64,000 bases of DNA from Phycisphaeraceae bacterium (lineage in GTDB: Bacteria; Planctomycetota; Phycisphaerae; Phycisphaerales; Phycisphaeraceae): assembly GCA_029260715.1 (NCBI GenBank), contig JAJDCS010000008.1, positions 59,983-123,982 of the forward strand, written 5' to 3'. This document shows, in pieces, positions 8,449 through 17,200 of the stretch. Within the stretch, counting starts at the first letter, position 1. Each line of letters opens with the position of its first letter. The notes beneath the pieces are model-generated. The model searched no databases and was not told the origin of the DNA. It saw only the letters and a list, made by a program, of their open reading frames with translations. A program made the position numbers and the translations under genes.

Positions 8449-9684
8449 GTGTCGCTGCGGTATTTATTTGTGGACATGAACGCGTTTTTCGCGTCGGTGG
8501 AGCAGGAAGACCGCCCGGAGTTGCGGGGCAGGCCCGTGGGCGTCGTCCCCACCATGGCCGACACCACCTGCTGCATCGCCGCCAGCTACGAAGCCAAGCC
8601 ATACGGCATCAAGACCGGCACCAAAGTCGCCGATGCCCGCCGCCTCTGCCCCGCGATCCGTTTCATCGAGGCACGCCCGCGGTTATACGTTGAATACCAC
8701 CACCGCGTGATCCAAGCCGTCGAGTCCTGCCTGCACGTCGACGCCGTTTGCTCGATCGACGAGATGTACGGCCGGCTGCTGGGCCGGGAGCAACAGCCCC
8801 CGCAAGCGATCGAGATCGCCAACCGCGTCAAGGCCGCGCTGCGTGACCAAGTGGGCCAACACCTGCGGTGCTCGGTGGGGCTGGGGCCCAACGCTTGGCT
8901 GGCGAAGGTGGCGTCGGACATGCAAAAGCCCGACGGCCTGACCACGATCCTGCCGGAAGACCTGCCCCACAAGCTGCACGGACTGGAACTGACCGACCTG
9001 CCGGGGATCGCGCGTGGGATGCAGCGCCGGCTCAACGCGTGCGGTGTGCGCACGGTGGCCGGTCTGTGCGAGTTATCGGAAGCCGACCTAGCCCAGGCCT
9101 GCGACAGCCGAGTGATGGGGGCGTTGTGGTGGCACCGCCTGCACGGCCGCGACACACCCGACCGCCCCACGCGCCGCCGCTCCGTGAGCCACTCTCACGT
9201 CCTGCCGCCCAACCGCCGCACCGAGCCCGGCTCACACGCCGTCATGGTGCGGATGATCCACAAAGCGGGGTTCCGCCTCAGGCGGCTGGGCTACCGGGCC
9301 GGGTGCATCGCCGTATCGGTGCGGTTCCTGGACGGCTCGAAGTGGAAAAGCAGAGCTTCATTGGGCTGCTGCAGCGACACGCTGACGATGCTGCGCGCGA
9401 TGGCCGGGCTGTGGCCGCACAAGCCGACCCGCAAGCCGCTCAAAGTCAGCGTGGTGCTGACCGACCTGGTGCCCGAGGACAACGCCACCGCCCCGTTGTT
9501 CGGCCAGCAGCAACGCCTGGACACGTTGGCGGGCGTGATGGACCGGCTGGACCGCAAGTACGGCCAACACACGGTCTGCTCCGGGGCCATGCTCGGTGCG
9601 ATGCGCGCCGCGCCCACGCGCATCGCCTTTAACCATATCCCCAACCAGGAAGACTTCCAGCCCCAAACACCCACCCAGCCCTAA
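8449..9684 (+). CDS. dinB: Y-family DNA polymerase IV
   Basis: GTG start. Motifs include LFVDMNAFFASVEQ, GRPVGVV, SIDEMY and LPGIARGMQRRL. Confidence 0.85.
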   Translation: MSLRYLFVDMNAFFASVEQEDRPELRGRPVGVVPTMADTTCCIAASYEAKPYGIKTGTKVADARRLCPAIRFIEARPRLYVEYHHRVIQAVESCLHVDAVCSIDEMYGRLLGREQQPPQAIEIANRVKAALRDQVGQHLRCSVGLGPNAWLAKVASDMQKPDGLTTILPEDLPHKLHGLELTDLPGIARGMQRRLNACGVRTVAGLCELSEADLAQACDSRVMGALWWHRLHGRDTPDRPTRRRSVSHSHVLPPNRRTEPGSHAVMVRMIHKAGFRLRRLGYRAGCIAVSVRFLDGSKWKSRASLGCCSDTLTMLRAMAGLWPHKPTRKPLKVSVVLTDLVPEDNATAPLFGQQQRLDTLAGVMDRLDRKYGQHTVCSGAMLGAMRAAPTRIAFNHIPNQEDFQPQTPTQP

Positions 9685-9883
9685 CCCGCGGCGGGGGGGG
9701 TAAGAACCGGCGGCGGCGCCGCGCCGTTAAGGTCCGCATATCGCGCGAGGTTTTAATCCTTTTTTAGGGATCGTGATCAATCTGCGGCGGCTATTGGCCG
9801 ATGCTTTATCGGGCGGAGCTGTGCACGCTTCAGGGGCGGCGGTTCCCCACCGAAATCTTGTCAGGGTGAAGTTTTGTAGAGCC

Positions 9884-10921
9884 ATGTCACACCGCATTCC
9901 CCCACGCTTGTTGCTGGTCGAAAATGACCCGGACACAGCCGGGTCGATCACCGAAACACTGCGCGACCACTTCGGGACCGGGTGTGTGTGTCAAGCCGGG
10001 ACCGTCGCCGAGGCGGTGGCGGTGGACAGCCAAGAAATCGACATGGCCCTGTGCAGCATGGACCTGCCCGACGGCACGGGCCTGGACTTGTTGAATTATT
10101 TTCTGCACCACCGCCCGGACCTGCCCGTTGTGCTGCTGACCTCGCAGGGCATCCTTGAAAACGCCATGACAGCCATCCGCCGCGGGGCGTACGACTACAT
10201 CGTTAAATCAGGCGGGTACCTGCTGACCATCCCCCTGATCGTGGAAAAGAATCTGGCGATCTGGCGGACCAAGCAAGAAAACCACCAGCTCCAGGAACAG
10301 CTCACACGCACACTCGACGAGGTGCGCGTCAAGAACAGCCAACTCGAAGACGCGGTCATGCAACTCAAGGTCGCGGCCGCCACCGACCCGTTGACCGGCC
10401 TGAACAACCGCCGCAGCTTCAACCAAGCCATGGACCGCAGCTACGCCGAGGCCACCCGGTACAACCAGGACCTGGCGTGCGTGCTGATCGACATTGACCA
10501 CTTCAAACTGATCAACGACACCCTGGGCCACCAAGCCGGCGACGACCTGCTGCAGATCACCGCCGAGATCCTCAACAGCCAGTGCCGCCGCAGCGACGTG
10601 GTGGGGCGGCTGGGCGGCGACGAGTTTGTCTTGATGATGCCCCAGACCGATGAGCAAACCGCCCGGCAGGTGGCTGAGCGCATCTCAGAGGAATTCGACG
10701 AGTCGATCCGCGATGCGTTCCACGATTCCAGCGTCGTTGAAAAAATCAGCCTGAGCATGGGCGTTGCCACGGTGCGCCAGTCCAAACCCACCGACCCCCA
10801 GCAGTTGATCGCCTTCGCCGACCGCGCCCTCTACCGCGCCAAGCAAACCGGCAAGGCCAAGCTCGTCACATACGGTCAAGGGGTGACGGTGCCGGCCTCC
10901 GAACCAGCGTCGCCGCTGTGA
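9884..10921 (+). CDS. Response regulator receiver + GGDEF diguanylate cyclase (PleD-like)
   Basis: REC domain (LLLVENDPD...DMALCSMDLPDGTG...VVLLTS...IVKS) and a coiled-coil linker. The GGDEF domain has DPLTGLNNRR, an RRSD I-site 5 aa before GGDEF, and RLGGDEFVLMM. Start set at the internal ATG (MSHRIPP); the ORF track begins at 9773. Confidence 0.9.
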   Translation: MSHRIPPRLLLVENDPDTAGSITETLRDHFGTGCVCQAGTVAEAVAVDSQEIDMALCSMDLPDGTGLDLLNYFLHHRPDLPVVLLTSQGILENAMTAIRRGAYDYIVKSGGYLLTIPLIVEKNLAIWRTKQENHQLQEQLTRTLDEVRVKNSQLEDAVMQLKVAAATDPLTGLNNRRSFNQAMDRSYAEATRYNQDLACVLIDIDHFKLINDTLGHQAGDDLLQITAEILNSQCRRSDVVGRLGGDEFVLMMPQTDEQTARQVAERISEEFDESIRDAFHDSSVVEKISLSMGVATVRQSKPTDPQQLIAFADRALYRAKQTGKAKLVTYGQGVTVPASEPASPL

Positions 10922-10950
10922 ATTTTTGACCAATTGTCTGTTGGGGTGTT

Positions 10951-10975
10951 ACCGCCGATGCGGTCGGGCGGCGGT
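10951..10975. terminator. Possible bidirectional hairpin between convergent genes
   Basis: 7-bp stem accgccg/cggcggt with an 11-nt loop, located between the GGDEF gene and the TPR gene 3' ends. There is no clear U-tract. Confidence 0.25.
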
Positions 10976-10980
10976 GCCCG

Positions 10981-11292
10981 TTAATCCAACGCCTCTAACA
11001 ACTCAATCATCTCACTCTCGGCGTGATCGTCGCCCGCTTGCTTGGCGACCTCGATCCCGGTGCGCAGCAGGGTCTGTGCGTCGGCGGTGCTGCCCATCTG
11101 CGCCAGGGTCTTGGCTTTGTGGTAGTAGGCGTAGCAATAGCTCGCGTCGATCGAAAGCGTTTTGTCGAACCAGGTCAGGGCTTGGTCGAACTGTTCAGCC
11201 TTGGCGTGTTCCAACGCAATCGCGTAGGCGCAGAACGGGTCCGCCGGGTCGGCGTCGTGGAGCTTGGTCAGTTGTTCCAGGCGGTCACTCAT
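10981..11292 (-). CDS. Small TPR-repeat protein (103 aa)
   Basis: TPR-like helical pairs (AYAIALEHAKAEQFDQALTWFDKTLSID, YAYYHKAKTLAQMGSTADAQTLLRTGIEV). Confidence 0.7.
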   Translation of the reverse strand: MSDRLEQLTKLHDADPADPFCAYAIALEHAKAEQFDQALTWFDKTLSIDASYCYAYYHKAKTLAQMGSTADAQTLLRTGIEVAKQAGDDHAESEMIELLEALD

Positions 11293-11318
11293 ACTTGGAT
11301 ACCACGACTACGACGCCC

Positions 11319-11525
11319 CTACGGCTTGGCCAGCCGCCGGACTTTGCGGTTGAAGTACACCAGGTAGCAGACCGCGCTGACGCCGATCGCGGCCGTGGCC
11401 AGCAGCACCGCCACGTAACCGGTGTCCCCGGTGTTGGTGTAGTGGCGGTAGGCGTACGCACCGAAGCCCAAGCAAAAAAGGATCGTCGAAGCGATCAGCA
11501 CCCGGTGAAAATGGTAGAGGTCCAT
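11319..11525 (-). CDS. 68-aa two-TM membrane miniprotein
   Basis: Two hydrophobic spans (VLIASTILFCLGFGAYAY and YVAVLLATAAIGVSAVCYLVYF) and a basic tail (NRKVRRLAKP). It lies 26 nt upstream of the TPR gene and 84 nt downstream of the QueC-like gene on the same strand. Confidence 0.5.
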   Translation of the reverse strand: MDLYHFHRVLIASTILFCLGFGAYAYRHYTNTGDTGYVAVLLATAAIGVSAVCYLVYFNRKVRRLAKP

Positions 11526-11609
11526 CGCAGGCTCCGTGGGGTGAAGCGGGGTTCACTTTAGCCGTATGCGTCGCGCGGCGTGGGCAGCAGGCCCAAGTGA
11601 TTGTAGGTG

Positions 11610-12248
11610 TTAACTGTGTATGGGTACAGGCGACGAAGCAGGGTCGGTCATGCCCGCCGCTTCAAACGCCGCCTCGCGACGCCGACACCCGGTGCAAACA
11701 CGACAAGGCTTGTCGCCACGCGTCATGCACGACCAGGCCATCTGCCACGGCAGCCCCATCTGCCCGCCCAGCTCAACGAGCTGCTGATCCGACAATTCCA
11801 GCAGCGGGGTTTCGAGCGTCGCCGCGAAGGGGTGGTCGATTTTCGCCAGTTGCTGGGCCAAGACGGTCTGCTCAAACACACGGCTGGTCTTGTCGAAGTC
11901 CGCGTTGACCTGCGCGGGCCAGAGCAGGCGGTTGGCGCCCAAGTCGGTCGCCTGGGCAAGCCCCTGGATAAGCACCTGCGCGTGCAGCAGGGGGGTGGCG
12001 TGCGGCTCTTGGGAGGTGTCTTGGAGCTTGGCTTTGGGCTTGGGCAGCTCGGTTTCAATCACGGTCTTGATCTTGAAGTATTCGGCTTGCTGGTGGACAT
12101 GCTGCGAGCGGACCCTGGCGTTGTCCCTGGCGTCGAGCACGTGCAGCAGGATCAGCCTGGGCTTGTCTTGGGCCGTGGCGGCAATGGCGGCGGCGGCGAA
12201 GCTGCGCATACCTCCGCTAGACAAGATGACCGTGGGCGCGGTGCTCAT
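11610..12248 (-). CDS. QueC-like (7-cyano-7-deazaguanine synthase family) protein with a degenerate PP-loop
   Basis: N-terminal VILSSGGMRS aligns with the QueC PP-loop SGGxDS, with Asp replaced by Arg. C-terminal ETPLLELSDQQLVELG...SCMTRGDKPCRVCTGCRRRE matches the QueC C-x(7-8)-C-x2-C-x2-C Zn ribbon. Confidence 0.6.
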   Translation of the reverse strand: MSTAPTVILSSGGMRSFAAAAIAATAQDKPRLILLHVLDARDNARVRSQHVHQQAEYFKIKTVIETELPKPKAKLQDTSQEPHATPLLHAQVLIQGLAQATDLGANRLLWPAQVNADFDKTSRVFEQTVLAQQLAKIDHPFAATLETPLLELSDQQLVELGGQMGLPWQMAWSCMTRGDKPCRVCTGCRRREAAFEAAGMTDPASSPVPIHS

Positions 12249-12424
12249 GACTGTATCCCTATCGACACACAGCGTGTGAAAAGTACAAATCTCGTGAGAC
12301 GGCGATTAAAGGATCGATCCGCTACGGTGTCACTTATTTGTTGACATTTCGCCCCGCCCCCGCCAGACTTGCCCCCGAAAGACCGCGCACCACAGGACAC
12401 GCCGCTTTTTTCCGGAACCAGCCC

Positions 12425-13135
12425 ATGAGCCTAGTCGTTTTTGTCCACGTCAAGCACGAACACCCCGCCGAGTTGGGGTCGATCTTACAAAAGCAGGGCC
12501 ACCGGCTGCGGCAGGTGAACCTGTACGCAGGCGACCCCGTCCCGCCCGACCTGGACGACGTGGACGGTGTCATCAGCATGGGTGGGCCGATGAACGTGGA
12601 CGAGGCGGACCAGCACCCGTGGATGGAGCACGAGCTTGCATATCTCAAGGCTGCGCACGAGGCGGGAGTGCCGATCGTGGGCGTGTGCCTAGGGTCTCAG
12701 CTCCTCGCCGCGGCGCTGGGCGGGGAAGTCGCGGCGATGGAAAAGCCGGAGATCGGGTGGGCGCCGCTGAAGCTGGCGTTCCCCGGCACGACTGACTCGA
12801 TGTACGCGGGCATGGGGTGGCAGAGCGTGCAGTTCCACATCCACGGCCAGGAAGTCACGAAGCTGCCGCCCGACGCGGTGGGCTTGGCAGGATCGGCGGC
12901 GTGTAAAAACCAGGCGTTCCGCGTGGGGCTGACCACCTACGCATTTCAATACCACTTCGAGTGGAACCGGGCAGACCTGGAGGTCATGATGGCTGACCCG
13001 TTCATCACTAAGTCCGGCTTCTCGCCGGAAGAGATCCTCCAGCAAGCCCAGGCGTATTACGACGACTACCGCCGCCTGGGCGACCGGCTGTGCCACGCCA
13101 TCGCCACACAGCTTTTCCCGCTCGACAAGCGGTAG
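12425..13135 (+). CDS. Class I glutamine amidotransferase (GuaA-like stand-alone GATase1)
   Basis: Nucleophile elbow GVCLGSQLL and a His-x-Glu motif in FQYHFEW. Start set at MSLVVFVHV; the ORF track begins at 12338. Confidence 0.8.
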   Translation: MSLVVFVHVKHEHPAELGSILQKQGHRLRQVNLYAGDPVPPDLDDVDGVISMGGPMNVDEADQHPWMEHELAYLKAAHEAGVPIVGVCLGSQLLAAALGGEVAAMEKPEIGWAPLKLAFPGTTDSMYAGMGWQSVQFHIHGQEVTKLPPDAVGLAGSAACKNQAFRVGLTTYAFQYHFEWNRADLEVMMADPFITKSGFSPEEILQQAQAYYDDYRRLGDRLCHAIATQLFPLDKR

Positions 13136-13153
13136 GGGAGGCGCTGCGGAGGC

Positions 13154-14098
13154 ATGGCCACAACCGGGTCCACACTCTCGATCAAAGTGCCCCGTGGGTT
13201 TGACCTGCCCAAGGCGGTGTGCAGCTACGGGTATTTTATATTGGCCCCCAACCGCTGGGACCGCGCCACGCGCACCCTGCACCGCCCGCTGCACGGCCGC
13301 AAAGACCGGCTGATTCACACCGCGATTTCACAAAAACAACCGGACCGGTTGCGTGTTGCGTGCGACAAACGCGTCGGCAAACCCGAAGCCGCGCTGATCC
13401 GCAGCCAGATCAACCGGATGCTGCGGATCGATGAAGACGTGCGCCCCTGGCACCGGTTGCACGCCAAAGCCAAGCGCGTCGGCTTCGGGCGGCTGTTCCG
13501 CTCGCCGACGCTATTCGAAGACATTGTCAAGACAATCACCGGCTGCAACGTCACTTGGCCCAACACCATGCGCATGAACGCGCTATTGTGTGAGCACGTC
13601 GGCAAAGGCGGCTTCCCTACCGCCGGGCAACTCGCCGCGACGCGTGCAGACACCTTGAAGCGGCTGTGCAAGGTTGGCTACCGGGCTAAGCGAATCGTGC
13701 TGTTGGCAAGGGCGGTGACGCGCGGCGACTTGGACCTAAACTGGTTCGAAGACCCCGCACGCACGACCGACGAGATATGGCCCCAACTGCTGAACATCTA
13801 CGGCATCGGCGAATACGCGGCGGGCAACCTCTGCCAACTGTTGGGTCGGTACGACCGGTTGGCGATCGACTCAGAGACCTACCGCCACTTCCGCCAAGCC
13901 CACGGCGTGCCCACGCCCACCAACCCCAAGAAGCTGCACAAACGCATCGAAAAATACTACGCCCGTTACGCCCCGTACCAATTTTTGGCTTACTGGTTCG
14001 AGCTGTGGCAAGGGTACGAGGCGAGTGTGGGCGACGACGCGCGAGACTGGGACGCAGCCGAGCACGGCCCATCATTTACAGCCAATCAGCTGAAATAA
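13154..14098 (+). CDS. HhH-GPD superfamily DNA glycosylase-like protein (AlkA/OGG-type)
   Basis: FRSPTLFEDIVKTITGCNVTW helical core and an HhH hairpin LLNIYGIGEYAAGNL, followed by Asp in LAIDSE about 20 aa later. No Lys is present in the HhH, so it is likely monofunctional if active. Confidence 0.6.
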   Translation: MATTGSTLSIKVPRGFDLPKAVCSYGYFILAPNRWDRATRTLHRPLHGRKDRLIHTAISQKQPDRLRVACDKRVGKPEAALIRSQINRMLRIDEDVRPWHRLHAKAKRVGFGRLFRSPTLFEDIVKTITGCNVTWPNTMRMNALLCEHVGKGGFPTAGQLAATRADTLKRLCKVGYRAKRIVLLARAVTRGDLDLNWFEDPARTTDEIWPQLLNIYGIGEYAAGNLCQLLGRYDRLAIDSETYRHFRQAHGVPTPTNPKKLHKRIEKYYARYAPYQFLAYWFELWQGYEASVGDDARDWDAAEHGPSFTANQLK

Positions 14099-14231
14099 AG
14101 GCTAAACGCAAGCATTCCCCAATTTCGCCACTCCGATAACTCGTCTTTGACGACCCGTTAAAGCCGTACTGTCCCGCTTGATCTTGTCTGCCCGATAAGG
14201 CTCGTGCAGCCACTTTCTTGGGAGACGGCCC

Positions 14232-17200
14232 ATGCACAGCTATTTTGTCCGTGTGACGGTTTACCTATTCGGCGCGATCGGGTTGGTGTTTTTAACGCCG
14301 GCTAGCCTCGCCGTTGACAAGGCGGTGACGTGGACCGGCGGCGGTGACGGCCTGAGCTGGTCCGACCCGGCTAACTGGGACGGCGGCGAGGTGCCGGCCA
14401 ACGACGCGGTCGACACATACCAAGTCACCGTTCCCGCAGGCGTCACGCTGGACTTCGACTTGCCGGGCAGTTCGAATATCTCAACGCTGGACCTCGCTGT
14501 GGGTTCCACGATCCGCACCGAGGCGGGGGCAAGTATGACCGTCTTGGACGCGGCGAATATCGCGGGGCTCATCAACGCCGACGCGGGCAGTTTCACCGCC
14601 GTCGGCGTCGGCGCGACATTGAGCGGAGACCAAAACAGGCTCACAGCCAACAACGGCGCCGGCATCACCATCGGCGGCACGTCTTTTTCCTCCACCGGCT
14701 TGCTGGGCAACGCGAGCCTGTTGCTGGCCGACGGGACGGGCACAAGCATCGGCTTGGCTTCGGTTACCACCCTCGACGCGGCGTTTAATAGGCCAGGCGC
14801 AGGTGCCCAAGACACCCACACCGTCACCGCCCGGAACGGCGGGGCGATCGACCTGTCGGGTGTCGAAAACATCAACGCCCCGTTGGGCTTTGCAGACAAC
14901 CTGGTTTTTACAATCCCTGACAGCACTTCGCAGATCGACCTGTCGAGCCTCCGCAACGCCACCGGCACCGGCGGGCGTACGCGGTTTATTTTGTCCAACG
15001 GAGCGAGCCTCTCCCTGCCGGTGCTCGAAACCTTGAGCAACACACAGTTCGACGTTTCGAGCGGGGCACAGGTTACAGCCGCGGGGCCCCAACAGACGGC
15101 CTACACCGCCAGGCTGCCATTCTTTACCGACATTATGCAAGCCAACGGCGCCGGTTCACTGCTGGACCTGTCGTCGATCGTCAGCATCGACGTTTCCTTC
15201 GATGACGACAACCGCGCAACGCGACGCAACGGGATCGCCGCTAGCAACGGCGGCGTGATCGACCTCTCGGGCTTGCAAACCGTCACCCCGCCCGTCCTGT
15301 CTGAAGACTTCCTCGATTTTAAGATCCTAGACAGTGCCTCCCAGATCATCCTCCCCTTGTTAGCCACGATTAACGGCAGCAATAGCGGCAGGACGATGTT
15401 TATATTGTCCAACGGCGCCTCGCTTTCGCTGCCGGCTCTGCAAACAGCTGAGGATGTTTATTTTGATTTGTCGGGCGGCGCTCAGCTCACCGCCGGCACC
15501 CAACCCGTTGTTTACTCCTCCATCGGCTCGCCTTTTGTGACCACGCTGGTCGCCGTCAGCGGCGCGTCTTCGCTGCTGGATTTCTCCGCCGCTACGAGCA
15601 TCAACGCCGGGTTCAACGACGCCACAACCGTCGTCAGCACCCACACCATCACGGCCACAGGCGGCGGCGAGGTCGATTTTTCGGGTGTACAGACCATCAC
15701 GCCCCCAGGCAGGCCGGAGGACGCAATCATTTTTCGATTGTCCGACGCGTCGTCTCAGATCAATCTTTCTTCCTTACAAGCGGTCAACGCGGGCGCCGGG
15801 GCGGTGCTGTTTGATTTGTCGGGCGGGGCGAGCCTGTCGCTGCCGGCGTTGACGGTGGCCTCGAACGCGAGGTTTACCCTCCAATCCGGCGCCCAACTCG
15901 AGGTGACGACCGCCCAAGCGGTTGCGTATTCATCGGCGAGCATGGCGGTCACATCGACGCTGATGTCAACCAGCGGCTCCGGCACGCTGCTCGATTTGTC
16001 GCCTGTGGTAAGCATCAACGCGGGCTTCGACGACGCCAACCCGAGCATATCCAGGACCCACACCATCACCGCCACGGGCGGCGGCGTCATAGACCTGTCG
16101 GGCGTACAAACCATCTCGCCCCCCGTTCGGACCGAAGACGCAATCCGCGTCGTGATCTCCGGGGCCGCCAGCCAGGTTAATTTATCCTCACTACAGACGA
16201 TCCAACCGACCGGCGGCGTGATGCGATTCGAACTATCCGGTAACGCATCGCTGTCGCTGCCGTCACTAACGACCATCGCCAACACACGGTTTGTGCTATC
16301 CGGCGGTGCGCAGCTGACAGCCGCCGGCGCGCTACCGGCCGCCTATAGCTCTGTAGGGCTGCCGCTCACCACCGCCATCGCCTCGGCCACAGGGGCAGGC
16401 ACCGTGTTGAACCTGTCGGCGATAAGCGGGATCGATGCGGGCTTCACCGACGGCGACGCGAACAAAACCAGCGCCCACACCGTCACCGCCGTCGGCGGCG
16501 CGGCGGTCAACCTGTCGGGTGTCCAGAGCATCACCGTGCCGCTGGGCAACGAGCGCGTCGACTTCCTCGCAAATACCAGCGGGACGATTGACTTGTCGTC
16601 GCTGCAAACGGTTACGCAACCCGTTAACGGATTGGGCAGCCTGCGCCTTGAAGCCCGCAACGCGTCGCTCGTGGTGGGGCCGCTATCACCGGTAGCGCCC
16701 ACGGCGATCGACTTGGATCGCTTCTCCACACTCACCGCGCCCCACGGCCTCACACTCACACCGGGCGTGAGCCTGTTTGTTCAGTTCAACCCCAGCCAAC
16801 CCAGCCTCATCGTCGTCACGGGTCAGGCGTCGCTGGCGGGCTCGCTGGACGTTGTGTTGCCCGACGGGTTTACCCCTAGTTATCTAGATGAATTTACGGT
16901 TCTCACCGCCGACACACGCATCGGAACTTTCGACCAAATCAACGGCCTCTTGATCAACCCCGACATGGTCCTCGCCCCGGCCTACGACCACAACGGCGGC
17001 CCCGGCTTTTCGCTCGTCGCCGCCATCCCCGGAGACGCCAACCTCGACGGCACGGTCAACGGCTTAGACCTGTTGGCCTGGCAGTCGAACCTTTTCTCCG
17101 ACTCCGGGGGGGACTGGACCAAAGCAGACTTTAACCTCGACGGCCTCGTGAACGGCCTGGACTTGTTGGTATGGCAGTCGCACTTATTTCAAAACGTCGG

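Noticed and set aside
12249-12424. preQ1-type riboswitch in front of the QueC-like gene, or a promoter (TTGACA at about 12341) for the amidotransferase.
   Set aside because: I could not recognise a preQ1 aptamer-like compact hairpin/pseudoknot with the conserved loop. The -35-like TTGACA has only a weak -10 candidate (CAGACT) at 17-nt spacing. That is too weak to annotate.
9884-14098. Possible type IV CBASS-like locus: a nucleotide cyclase (GGDEF), a 2-TM miniprotein, a QueC-like protein and an OGG/HhH-GPD-like glycosylase lie close together.
   Set aside because: No CD-NTase fold gene and no TGT-like paralogue are in the cluster. The cyclase is an ordinary REC-GGDEF with an I-site. It is convergent to the QueC-like operon rather than co-transcribed with it. 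The resemblance is limited to domain names. It is kept only as context for the QueC-like cluster finding.
14709-16676. Regularly spaced DNA repeats that could be mistaken for a CRISPR or tandem-repeat array.
   Set aside because: The period is about 414 nt. The copies are diverged at DNA level but conserved at protein level, inside one continuous ORF. They are coding domain repeats, not a CRISPR array. No CRISPR-like short repeat/spacer pattern was seen anywhere in the window.
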